A DNA stretch of 64,000 nucleotides from positions 1-64,000 of the forward strand of contig JYFJ02001888.1 in NCBI GenBank assembly GCA_000934665.2, written 5' to 3'. The stretch is from Catajapyx aquilonaris (taxonomy: Eukaryota). A program made the translations under genes and the position numbers. Shown here in pieces: positions 51,342 to 64,000 of the stretch; positions within the stretch are counted from its first letter, which is position 1; each line of letters starts with the position of its first letter. A model generated the notes under the pieces. That model was not told the DNA's origin. It ran no database searches and worked only from the letters and a program-made list of their open reading frames with translations.

Positions 51342-52539
51342 CTGGAAAACGGAACACAAGTCAATTAGTTTACGACCATCATAAACCCAGTTCTTTAATT
51401 GCTATGCGCCGGCTATCATCTCCGGAAGACATAAACCCCTGAAGGGGGCTGAAAGTGGAAAGAGGAGGAGGAAGAAAATGGAACAAAGTATGTAATTCTG
51501 GCGAATAACAAACGGGGGCAAACATGAAAGCAATGTTTGCCCCCTTACAAAACATGGTTGAAGGCGCGATGAGCCAATCGATGAACAGCTCTCGTCGGAT
51601 TCAATATGGCGACGCTGCGCACACACTCGCTCGAGTCCTATCCCGGCGCGATTTTTAGTCAAGAGGGTGACAAAAGCCCGTGTACACCAGAGTGCTAATG
51701 GATCTCGAGTGCAAACCGCTGCTCTAACCGCTAACACACACTTTCCAGCAGACCGCAAATGTTGCAAAAGTTCAATCATAGGCGTTAATGGATCCATTCG
51801 CAATAAAAATATGTGCATTTTTGCCACACTTTTGAACACATTGGAGGTATCGGGTATCAACCAACCGTGGATGACGTGATTTTGCTGCTGAATAAGGCAA
51901 GGTTTTGTCCAGTACACCACCCTGCAGGCTACATTCAGAATTTAAATAATTATGAACATATCACTGGACAACTCATACACCCCCAAGTTCTACTGATTAC
52001 ATCTCCACAAAAGGACATGGAAAACATGTGATGTCACCCCCAGCTTCCTTTGGTTTGTAAAATTACGTCAGAGGAAAATGAAGTAATGTGGTTGAGATGG
52101 GTAGCTAATTCAACTGCAAAGTGAACTGTCGTCGACCACTGGCACATGTCACATGTAATTGTTTTCTCATTAACTGGATAAATAGTTACCCTGGAGCAAG
52201 TCGTCCTTGGTAATAATTCAGCAGCATAACTATAATTTTGTAAGAATGTTTTATTTTGGATATGCCTACTACTTATACCTGCAGGAGTAGTAGAGAGCAA
52301 TTGGATTAAATGAGACAACTTACTCCAGAACCTATCCTATCCTCGCTTAATCACCCATCCCCATGGAGTCGCACACAAAAAAAATTACAAACGGCAACAA
52401 AATAATCCTGAACAAACAACCCCCAGAAAAGTTCATAATTATATGCATTTTCATAATTTTAGTGTCAGTTCCAGTTCGCGCATACCGCAAGAGTTGCCGC
52501 AGTTCCCATCAACGCCCGCGGCCTGTCAGGTGCGCACAA

Positions 52540-52680
52540 CATGCTAGGAACAGGTCGTTGCCTTCCTCTAGCCATCCAGCACTGGCCACATAAACCCAAC
52601 CTGTCAATACTATTTTTCTCTATGTTGGCCAGCCTGTACATATCAATCTGTTCCATGATTTATTCCCCACTTGGAACCAT
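52540..52680 (-). mobile_element. Possible RTE-clade endonuclease N-terminal relic
   Basis: MYRLANIEKNSIDRLGLCGQCW resembles the KL-x-N...IDILGLSEVRW segment of RTE endonucleases. Confidence 0.3.
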
Positions 52681-53385
52681 CAGTCTTTCTCTATTCAGTA
52701 CAGGTCAAAGAGGAGTGGTCTCCTTCAGTAAACACTGAGACAAGACCTAGCCCTCTCCTTTGATTCCTCTGCTTCTTGTTTGGGGTTACGCCCAAACGAT
52801 GTTAGCACCTCCGGCCTTCCGAGAGGTCGATGGGCGAATTACTGGGAAGTAATCAATGAACTGCTTCGGATTGTTGGTCAAATCACGTCGTATTGCTCCT
52901 TTTTTGCGAGTGTGTGCATGGGGAAGGTCCAACGGTATATCACCTGCTCTTTGAATGTTAACGGAGCCACTCATGGGTGTCGGTCATAACGCCCATGAAA
53001 GTGGAAGGCAGATAAGGCATTGTGCACATGAGTGGCAATGCGAGTTATCGCTGGAATTGGAATTATTGCATAGGCAACGAGAACTAAATTCTATTGTCCA
53101 ACCGCATTATTATTATGAGCCGTAAAAAATTAATAGCATATTTTTTATAGTACTGTACAGTATGTCATTTCACATGCTACTCCTGCCATTCTCATGGGAA
53201 AATGCATACTGCGCTCATATTGTAGCTGATTCGTCCAGTAATTAGCCTGCCATAATAAAATAGGCCTGAAGCCTATTAGCAGTGCTGATGCCCGGCGCAT
53301 ATTGTTATAATAACTCTGGAAAAACAGAAACGGCCAAAGTAACCATTAGGTGAGTATTACAACCATATTTTTGCAAAAATTTATA

Positions 53386-53530
53386 AGAACCTTCCTATTG
53401 GTTGAATTTAACATTCTCTTTAGAATGTTTAATTCAACCAATAGGAAGGTTCTGCAATTCGACACCAGCACATTTAGTTGAAATAATAAAAGTAATTTCA
53501 ACTAAATGTGCTGGTGTCGAATTACAGAAC
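53386..53530. repeat. Two overlapping near-perfect hairpins
   Basis: Arms 53386-53417/53422-53453 (32 bp, 1 mismatch) and 53449-53484/53495-53530 (36 bp, 1 mismatch). Confidence 0.9.
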
Positions 53531-54250
53531 ACCACTGCGGACCACCCTTGCCCAATCCCCACACCCCACGTCATCCTCAGAAAGCCAATCCTGGCCTACC
53601 ACGTCAGCAGAACTGGCCAATGACCCCTCTTGATCGTAGTCCACAAGCAACATGGCGTCCCATTAACTTCTCCAGCGGCGCCCTAGAGGTCACTAAAGCC
53701 GGTGGATCCTCGGAGGGAAACGGCACGAGTCGGGAGGCATCCAATCTGACCACAACGGCCGGAAAGAAATTGGAATCACGAAATAAATTAGCCAACCCCC
53801 GTCGGTTGGAGCACCCAGATCGCTTGGCAAGTGGCCCATTTCCGGAAGACTAGGTAGAAACGGAAAAAAAAGAACATGGTTTCGGTAGCAATCCCGGAAT
53901 GTTCCCTCCGCATTGAGGAAGTAGTTCAGAGTCCGGGCGTGCAGACGTCCCCGGTACTCCCGGAATCCTCGGGACCAAATGGAAATGCCGGCCGGAATCA
54001 CCAGAGTTATAGCCGGCCTCATCGGTCTCGGATATGGCCAAGGTGTCGGATACAACCCAATGACCCAGGTCCCTGGCGCTTGCCCCGCTGCTTCTGGAAA
54101 TGGGTCTGAAATTGACCTCCGGCCGTTATACTGAGATGTTTTACACAGAGGCTCGCCAGAGGTCATCAGTGGAAAAATAAAGAAAGGCGTGCCTTCTCCC
54201 ATACATATCAGAGGCTCGAACTGTGGACACTCCAAATGTACACACCAATA

Positions 54251-54409
54251 CTGCCGTCACAAGGAGAAACACCACATCTGCAAAACTAGTAAGGGTGAAA
54301 GTCGCATACATGCCCTGCACTATTCCCTATACGGATCAGTGCAGGGAATGCATGCGACTTTTCACCCTTACTAGTTTTGCAAATATGGTGCTTCTCTTTG
54401 GGACGGAAG
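54251..54409. mobile_element. Palindromic MITE (possibly Tc1/mariner-derived), related to 28294-28449
   Basis: ~70-bp inverted arms CTGCCGTCACAAGGAGAAACACC...GGTGCTTCTCTTTGGGACGGAAG; TA on the left flank. Confidence 0.7.
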
Positions 54410-57400
54410 TTATAGTAGTTCCAGGCAATACTGGAGTTGCAAATAACACGGGGGCATAAAAATTAATCATATTCTTCTGGTTTAAATGTAAACATCCGAT
54501 TGTATGACCATAGGGACTCGGCACAATCCGATTTTCTGGTGGTCCAAAAATGCTATAAATAATGCGAGCCTTTTCCATTTCAAAAGCTAAGGGGGAATGG
54601 AAATTTATGCCGGTAATGAATTTGAGCGCAACTGGGTGCCTGCATTATGAAAAATGGATCAATGGAGTGTGGATCTGGGATCTACATAAAGCCATAAAGA
54701 CAAGAACAATGCGCAAAAAAAAAATTATATGTGATCGATGTGATTGAAGTGCAAATAGTGTCAATAATGGACGGTCTTTAGTTACAGCCAGCAGTGTTTG
54801 CAGAGGGCGTGGTCATGAAAGCACAATCGGATGGAAATTTGCACCTTCTCTATCTCACGTGCAATGTCCGCTTCAGTTTCCCGTCCTGAGAATGACCAGA
54901 CTTGACATGGTGACCGCACCTTCGGCACACCGGCACGCAATGTAGATTGCGTGTTTTGCCTACCCCCTAATTAATAAAACATACATTTCTAGTAAGTACA
55001 CTCGCAGGCAAATGAGCACGCTTCATTACGAGGCAGGCAATGATGCAAATTGAATAGAAGTTACACTTGTTAGAGACTTGTTAGAGAGGAATATAAAGTA
55101 CTCAGAATAAGGGCGGATACGTCATATGGAAAATATAGGCATGGTAATTAATAATTACAATAATAAACGAGCGTAAATTCATGATATTCAGCATAAAGCA
55201 TCTCATTTCAGGCTCCTTAAAATGTTATGACAGCTTTGTTACCGCGAGAATGGTCAGATATTTGCTCATTCTCTCATCTTTTTCGATATCATCCAAGCGG
55301 CTTCAACTGTCACATTAAAACCCAATGAACAATAGCAGTTGGACATGGTTCACTGAATTGCTTTGTGCGGCAGATCCTGATCCTAATCAATCTTGGTCCA
55401 TTCTACAAAGACCATTTTATCATACTTCTCAAGAGAAGATTTTCCACATCAGTTCCCGTTAGGTCAATATTCGTGGACCCGAACAAACGTCCAAAGTGAA
55501 ATTACTTTTGAACCAGCAGGTTTGTTCCACATCGCTTGACACATGGTATAAAACTCCTCACAATTTCGACTGCTGCTACTCACATATGCATTATCAACAA
55601 TCAGGCTTATACTAACAGTACAAAATTAAAGGACGAATAATTACACAACATGACCTGAAAATGTCAAAGGTTCGATTCATTCCCTACAATTTTCATGCTT
55701 GTTTCTCAGTGTGGTGTTACGACCCAAATAAAAGTTGAAAGCAAGAAGGTCGAACTTCCTCACAAATTCGGTTTAAACTTATCTGCTGGACAAGTTGGAC
55801 AGAACTCTTCGTCCTACACGTCCCTGCAGCGTGACATCCACGAATTATTTATGGGCTATCGGGCATGCCCTGATACCAGGCGACAACTCCTAACCCTGAT
55901 AAATCCTGGATTTTCTTTTGCAAACTGTAGTCCCCGTAAAACATACCAGTGCCCACCCATGTCAATAAAGATCAACCCATTTGTACCGGCTGGCCGCACA
56001 AGACAACACACCCCATTTTTTTTTGGACATCAGTATTGATCACCCGGACCCAAAACATGTAATCTTCTAGCCTCCAGTTATAGTCCCCATCGCCTTTAAA
56101 ACCCAGGACACAAACTTGCTTGCCTTTCACCATTAGTGCCCAGACAACCATGCCTTTGTAGGCCCAACTTTGTCTCCCAATTGAAATGCGAACTGCACTA
56201 TATGCTGTTGCCTCCAGGACTAATGGGACCACTAAGCGCACTCACAGTCCCACAAAAAACTGGTATGTCAGCACCTACTATAACATACGTCGTTCATAGC
56301 CTCGTATAAAAAAAAGTAATTACGGAATTAGATGAAAGATAAACATTGGACCGATGCTTCAGGCCATTTTAATCCGGCTGTAATTCATTTCGGAATTATT
56401 TCGTGTGCGTTACACAGAAATTAATATCAGGGCAGCACCGTGGCCGCTTGCTATTGGCCCAGCGTTACCCAGGTAATTGAATGAAACGCGCAATAATGGT
56501 GGAACACAGCAGGAAAATCAATTTTCGCAGAGTACTGAGATGTGGGTGAAAAAAATTATGGGCGCTAGGAAAATCACGCAAATTCTGACTTCGTCATCGA
56601 CCTATCGCTGAGATGATTTACGTCACTCATAGTCTGGCTGCAGTACCTCATTAGGCCCTGAGAAATTGAATCTGGTGTCTTAAAACATCCTTAATTGAGT
56701 ATCATCCCAGGCCTCTGAATTCTTATGTGGGTCACTGTGTCATGCCAATATCACTTAGCATCGTTTATTTAATCATAGTGCTGATATCAATATTCTATTG
56801 CGTTTACAGTTAGCCCACACAATTTCCAATAATGGAAAAACTCTTTCTAACGTTCAAGGCAAAGAATTCGCCCTTCCCATATTTTTTCTGAACAATATGA
56901 AAACTTTTTGGCCTCGAAGTAACACTGTAGCCGCAGTTACGTCACGACAGTCCTGCAACGTCACGCTGCAGGTACTTTGCAGTCGTCGTGACAATGCAGC
57001 CTTAAAAAAACATGGCTCAACAATTTGGACTAAACGCACTAATTAGCTGATTATAACTTATTCATGTAACTCCTGATGCTAATTATGCAGTACTGCGACT
57101 CTTACATCCTCCTGAGACCCTCACCTTTTTTCTTTTTTAAATAAATTCTCTACCTCGGCACATTTCTTAAGACTCATACACAGTCTTGGGCTGAAAAGGA
57201 ACCTAGTGCTCTGGGAAATTCCATTTCGTGCGACACGGAAAGCAGTATAGACTTCACGTGAAAACGTTTGGGTGGGAAAGGGAGGAATTTGGGCTAGAAA
57301 GGATTTTCTGCTTGGATGTATAATATCGGTTTTGTTGCAAGAAAACCCCTTCCTTCCCCGCATCAAAGTCTCTAATTAATTCCACTTGGCCTGCCAGATA

Positions 57401-60400
57401 CGCAGCCCTATTTATAGTCGGTGATATTGCATAATGTCTCCAGCAAGCAGGTAGAATTATGATTATTACTGGTATGTCTCGAGCAAATATGAACCAGGGT
57501 CTGCTTTGTATTCATTGTGTGGAATAGTGCAACTATTTAAAAAAAAATCACATATGAAAATCGTATAGTATATGTATAGGACACTTGGATTTGTAATATA
57601 ATTTTTTTCAATATTTTAAATGAACAAATGAAGATTTGTTCATAAATATTGAAATAAATTCTGGGCTAATATTATGACTTTCCAATATGCACATTGTCGT
57701 GTTTTGTACTCAATACGACGATTGTACAGTACAACACACACTCAGTAAGGTATGCGTCATAAAAATGGGATGCAAGAGATGAAAGAAACTCATCGCATTT
57801 CTGGTCCTTTCTGTGCAGCATTGTTAGGATCAAAGGGACAGTTACCGTTTCGCTTGAATCAATCTTTTCCAGGGTAATTCGAATCGATCTCCTTGCTTGC
57901 ATGGAGAGTTGCATCAGCCCTCCCCCCCAAAAATCCCGATGCAACATATCACCACTTGCGTGACCGTTCCGTCGAATTATTTCGGATTTTCCTTGCGATT
58001 TCGTTCGCACTTTGAGAACCAGCCCACCTCCATTACTTATGCCTCATGGTTCCAGTCTTTGAATTATATAATGAGTCTCAACAGTTTCGCGCCTGGTTGC
58101 ATTATACACAAAACATGTGGGAGCTTTACTTTTGTAATGGAAAGCCATCAGCAATTAATAGGGTCTTGTCCAAGTTTCATGGTGCACTGTACTGTCAGGA
58201 CCCAGCCAGTGTCCGCATTTGTGGTCAACACCCAAAGCCGTACCACCAGAGTTCATCTGCTTAAGACTCACACGCACTCGAATTCCACAGTGTCGTGCAT
58301 TAAGGGCCGACGGACGTTAATATAATTACGGCCGCAGTCGTTAAATTCCTTCAAACTCTGGTAATGAGCTTGTACTGTGTGACGAGAAGGAATGCATATA
58401 CCAGTACTCTGAGGACAGTACAGGGACTAACTCATAATAGCAATACTGTACCTAAAGCTTACAGCTTACACCGAAAAGTAACCATCAAAGTATACCTAAA
58501 TCAATAACTTCATATTTCCGAATAAGCAATTAACTCAGTTCCAGCCACGTCAGCACTAATTTTCATATTCATACGTTACATGGATTTCTCAGCTAATATT
58601 GTGTACCAGGTCTCCTTGTTAGGCCACACTGTAGAGTAGCAAAATTGCATGAACTCCGTCGCTGATGCAATCCTTGCTGCTCCAGAGCATCCTTACTCCC
58701 AAATTATCTTCCTCAAACTCCTTATACAGTTGGCATCATTACAGGTCCTTGTCTGGCGAAATACTAGTGCAATCACTCTGTTTACAAAGCCTCATGCATA
58801 ATATACCAGTATGTTAATTTGTTGATAAAAAATTCGTGTTGTCTTGACAATTAATGTTGCTCAAGCAGTAATGATTTCTCGTAATATTAGTGACATTGCA
58901 TGCCCGCCTTGTTTTTCTATCAGGGCGATGAAACGGAAATTGCTTGAAAGTGGTATCTGAACAGTCCCTAGATGAACCATCCGGAACAAGCTGCATCTCT
59001 CGAAATTGCGCGGAAATGAAGCGGCTATTTCTAGGATATCCCGAGATTTCTCCTTTTTCCTTTCCTCACTCGCTTCTCAAGTGCTATGTGATTACCCCCC
59101 CCCCCCCAAAAAAAACCCCTGCTTCGATTTCCCACGCCAAAAGAAAAATCTGTGACTATTTGCCAAGTTAGTAAATTGCGAGTTCAACATCCTTGGCAAG
59201 TCTGATGCAAAATGTTGCCATTCAGATCATAGACCTCTGCAGAAGAGCCTGGAATTTAATTATTGCAGCGCTAAATATTATGGAAAAAAATCTGGAATTT
59301 TAACAATTTCCATGCACTGCTAGTGCTCTCATTCGTGATGATGTATTCACTGAACAGTGGCAACATAATGTGTATAGCAAGTACATTATGCAAATTTACT
59401 CCTGCTTAACATAATGGAATGCAGTAGACAAGTCATACACAAGACTGCGTACTTCATAAATATTCTGCATTAAATATTTTACTAGAGTAGTGTAATAATG
59501 TGTCCATTGCTTTAGCCTGAATCTATCTATATGAACTATGATAAGCCCAATCAATCTCACACAGTTTCTCGAAGTCCCCATAAACCAAGTAAGTCCAAAC
59601 CAGTCACTACTCCACTATTTTCACGAAAGACTAACCTCTCAGTTCCGAGTCCCTGGTGAAATTCTGACAATAGCTACTACATTTTCCATTTTCCTATCAG
59701 ACATTTTTTTTCTTCTCCCCCTCCTTCCCCTTCCCTTGCACCGTAAGTCCCTGATGGAGAAAAGAATGGATGAAGGATGGTAGTTGGAACAAAGTCGATC
59801 CTGTCGATCGATGGCCAAAAGCAGCGTCTTCCTTTGTTCTCTCTACCACTGGATTGCCGACACTGGGAACCGATTCGACTCCATGGATTCATTATAGTTA
59901 CTGCCATTCTTCACTACACAGGAAGCTGCATAAACATCATTAAAATTTAAAATAAGGCAGCCAAAAAAAAAATTCTAGGCCACCCCTATAATTTGGATGA
60001 ATAAAAATACCATTTTACTTTTAGGCCAAATCAACAGATTTGATTCTGGTGGCCAAGCCAAGCCTAAAAATATCCTACCTGATTATGCTAATCTGTGTAC
60101 GGCAACCCAAGGCAAAGTGTTTCAAGCTATATTTACCAAACACGAATCCGTGCAGCCGCATTGACAAGGGGTGTACCAAAAGTTCCGCCAGGAAAATTCC
60201 TATCAATCTTGCCAAGTCAACACGTCATGAGATTATCGCTGCCTAACAAGGTGTACCAAACATACTTATAATGTGTATCAACATTTCCTAACACAAGATG
60301 GTTATGAGTTGCGAATCAACTTAAAATTACAAAATGAAAACATATAAATATGCAAATATAGCTGTACGAAACATAACTAAATCAGCTCGAATTCCAAAAT

Positions 60401-63400
60401 AGTCACGGTCATAAATATCAAGTGGCCATAACACGCTCGCTTCAAAAAAACAAGCCTGGAAAAAATATAGCTCTACGGCACGTAGTAATTATTACGGTCG
60501 GGATGTTTTATAATGACCCTTCAGGGCAATCGAATTGGTTTGTTCCCAGAAATTCAAGCGGATTGGGTCACGTAACCATCCCTTTTAAAAAAAAAACAAG
60601 TCCGGGTTAATACTCGACATGAAAATAATCACGATGCACGATTTTACTCTAAATTTACGATCCAAAATTGCGGAAGATTCCTCCATGAATTCTTAGCTTC
60701 CTGGTGTAAGAACTTCATCACTCTGGGCCTGTCCAATTAACACACTGTACCCGCACCACTGTCATATTCATTAGTTAGCCTCCGTAATGCCAATGCGGTA
60801 CGGTACTGCATCCTCCACCATTACTCACCCCAAGTGCAAAATTAAATTTAAGATGAAACCATGTGCACCATCTGGACCCATCTTTTCCCATTGCGTAAAC
60901 CTAAAATTGGAAGCAAAAAGTGTGCCATGTACATGTTACGCGATCTCTTTACGCTTTCCAGTCATGCGCCTTCAGGTTGCACAGTCTTGTCACCTGCCAG
61001 CCCTGGTCTTCTGTCAAGCTTTACCTCGCGTGGCACTTGCTCGTTGCCTGAATTCCAAATACGGAAACGTGAGATATATTGGGCAACCTGCCCGTATATT
61101 CGGAATATATGTGCAGATGTCATTGGAAGCTAAATTGGAAAAAATGGCGGCCAAAATTGCAGATTCTCCAAATAGAGGGCGGTTTTAGCGCATGCGCACA
61201 CTGCATAAAAATTCAACATAAAAACATGGTGGCAGCAGATTCTGAGATATTCGTCTTTGCTCGCGAATTGCCTCAACAAGGAGCCGCTGACGTAACTGTT
61301 GAGTGTGAAATCAATTTTCCAATTACCGAGTAAGAATTTCTGGAACGTTTGGCAAAGCGGTTTTCAAAGGGGGTTTCCTCCAGTAGCAGCACGCCAGTAA
61401 TTACTTCATGATTCATGTCCCACACTTGACGATGCTCAGCAAGCAGCATGTAGGGTACATTCATGTAGGATACTAAATAAACAGTGCGCAGTAAATTAGG
61501 ACGGAACACCACAGGGTGTATACATCGCGTCGTTACAAAAGTTGATCAAAATCATACATCAGATATCTTGTATGGTTATCGTAATTTGTGTGCAAATGAC
61601 AATGGCGACTTCATTGGAATGTATAGTAAAATTTGTCATCATTTGAGTCGACCCTAATGGGCGACACAATGACAGCCTATCTCCCAGGATGAACCACGGC
61701 ACAATTGCACAGTTTCAATCCTTTCCTTACGTTCCCATAAGTACGGTTCATTAAACTCATATCCCAGCTATTACCTTAAGATGACTAGAACGATCACTCA
61801 CTATCGATTATAGGTCTCATGACAAAACTCTATATCGATTTTTTAAAAACTCCGACAGAAGTTGAATGCCCCATTTTTAATGATATTTTCTTACAACCCT
61901 TACTTTGGAATGTCCGTTTATGCAAACATTTGCACAAAATATTAGCTTTAAATATTCGTACATGCCAGGTTATTTTACATCCAAATATCTACAAGTAGTA
62001 CTCTCATCATCATCACTTATTTACAGAATAATACCATCTGATTGATAGCTTCGCATCAGTTGTCTGATACATCTATGGCAGGTCCACCACGCGGAGATGA
62101 CAGTAGTCTTCCCACATCTTCCGCATGGAGCGCTGTAAGCTTATCCCTGCCGTACAATCAACACCCTCATTACCCCACATGGTGATCAAAATTCCCACCC
62201 AAATTTAACAAATAAAGCCCGAAACCTCCTTAGTATTCCGGTTTACCACATCAAAATGTCTTGATTGACCAATTTGACCCAACAGCCTTTTCATTTCCTC
62301 TCCATCCTCCATTCAGTCCACGAGGCTTTTCCGCTTCTGCTCCTCTTTCCTCCTCCATCTTTGTCTCGAAACCCCATGGCTTAAAATGGAGTCTAAGTGG
62401 ATGATGATTGGAGGATTCGACCGCCGCCATGCCTGTTTGGCAGTGACGAAAAGGGCGGGAGATTACCCCCTTTAGCTGGCAGTAGATGAAGAGGGGATAA
62501 TCCACCCCTGTCCAATAAAAGAGGGCTTGAATAATGTGAAGAGGTATAGGTGTGGATGCTTAGAGTTTATATATCATTGGCTTTAAAAGAAATTGCAAAC
62601 TACAGCTAAGTGATTGGCGCATGGTACATAAACCCTGGAGGGAGTATATTATGCGGCAGGGTTAGTTATGGATATGCAATTTAATGTTTGTATGGCGTTG
62701 TGTGTGGGGTGTAGTGGGAGGGGGGGTGAGGGGGGGGGATAAATCGATAACTTGATCCCCCCCCCCTACCCCTCTATACCTCTGCAATTGGTGTCATGCG
62801 CGGAGGTTTCCTAACCCAAGACGTATACAGAGTACATGGTGCTTCCGAAAGTTAATCCTAGATAACAATTCAGGAGCTTGACAATTCAGACGAAATTATG
62901 CATTCACGTTATTCGATAAAAATAACAATTTTTAGCTTCAGATTGACCAAAATTAGGCGTGACGTATGAAGAACAATGGCAACATTGTTCCCACATATTA
63001 CAGCAATAAAAAAACACACTCTACTAGAAATGCCCGCAATTACTGCACGTCAAGTTGGTGCCGGCATGTTAATTAGTAAATACGACCGACGTACTCCACT
63101 CGATCGATCGTCATAAATAAGAATAACTACAGTACTACAGGTGACGATATTATATTTCTGTTCTAGAGTCGAGCTTCAACACTCACCTTAATTAAAAATG
63201 GTGTTACATCACTTCCACATTTTATGCAATATTTTCCTCGTTTTTTCCACACTTCCTGCAATGTTACTGGTGATCGCATATTTTAATCGTGGCATTATTT
63301 ACTGATATCTAGGCCACACCCTGTGCTGTTCTTGTTATTACAACACGAGGATATCAAAATAACGCCTCTGCTGTCAGTAAACACCACGCAAGCCTGCACA

Positions 63401-64000
63401 TAAAACCCCCCACTGTTTTGAAACATGTGCCCAAAATATGCAAATTTATACCACACAATTTGTATATAATCCCCCCCATCATTCCTCACCTACTGTACCA
63501 ATATTGCTAACTAAAACTGCCAGATAATATCACAACAATCGCTGCATATTTATATGCCTATACTTTATACCCCGAAGGTCAATCCCACACCTCACGTACT
63601 TAGGCTCAGACATATTACATCACCATGAATCACCTGCGAAGCAACCGCATATAAAAAAAATGTGGGCGACGCCTTGTTATCCTAACCCCTTCAAGTACAG
63701 GTACCGCAACTGTTTCGGATGGCCAGGGTGCTGTGAAGTGGCTCAATGGGTGGTCCCTCTTTATACAATAAAAAAAGCAAGAGTAAGAGAGAAAAAAGTG
63801 TTGCGCAACTTGACACGCTACTCAACAACAGCTTGCTCTCCCGTTACACTCACTTTCAACATTATTAGATCGTGATGTGGGTACAACCCTATCAAAACAT
63901 GCTTTAAAAAAAACAGCGATTAATTTACCCATATATTAGGGAAGTGATTGAACCGTATGTTTATTTATAGAGTCGATCAACATTTGCAGGCAATTTAGCG

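Noticed and set aside
51342..64000. Search for the Cow signal-peptide exon or nested genes
   Set aside because: No donor-bounded hydrophobic leader or convincing coding exon found by eye; the first exon probably lies outside the window, although a short one could have been missed.

Overview
Eukaryotic, invertebrate-looking (probably arthropod; species not determinable) genomic DNA. Most of the window is the intron-rich minus-strand gene for a testican/SPOCK-family proteoglycan (Drosophila Cow-like). I could splice ten coding exons (51341 down to 6851) into one continuous 451-aa partial frame; the signal-peptide exon was not found and probably lies beyond the window. Tail-to-tail with it, on the plus strand, are two tandemly duplicated 4-exon genes (549-1313 and 4703-5474) that the ORF track only shows as fragments. 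They encode secreted ~180-aa ApoD-type lipocalins with non-canonical motifs (GTF instead of GxW). Between them sits a ~2-kb near-perfect foldback element (935-bp arms, GAG..CTC ends, ATAT flanks; Sola2-like). The introns carry a tRNA-derived SINE, many small palindromic MITEs, a ~30-bp minisatellite, degenerate LINE relics and several unexplained near-perfect hairpins. All calls were made by eye, without database searches.
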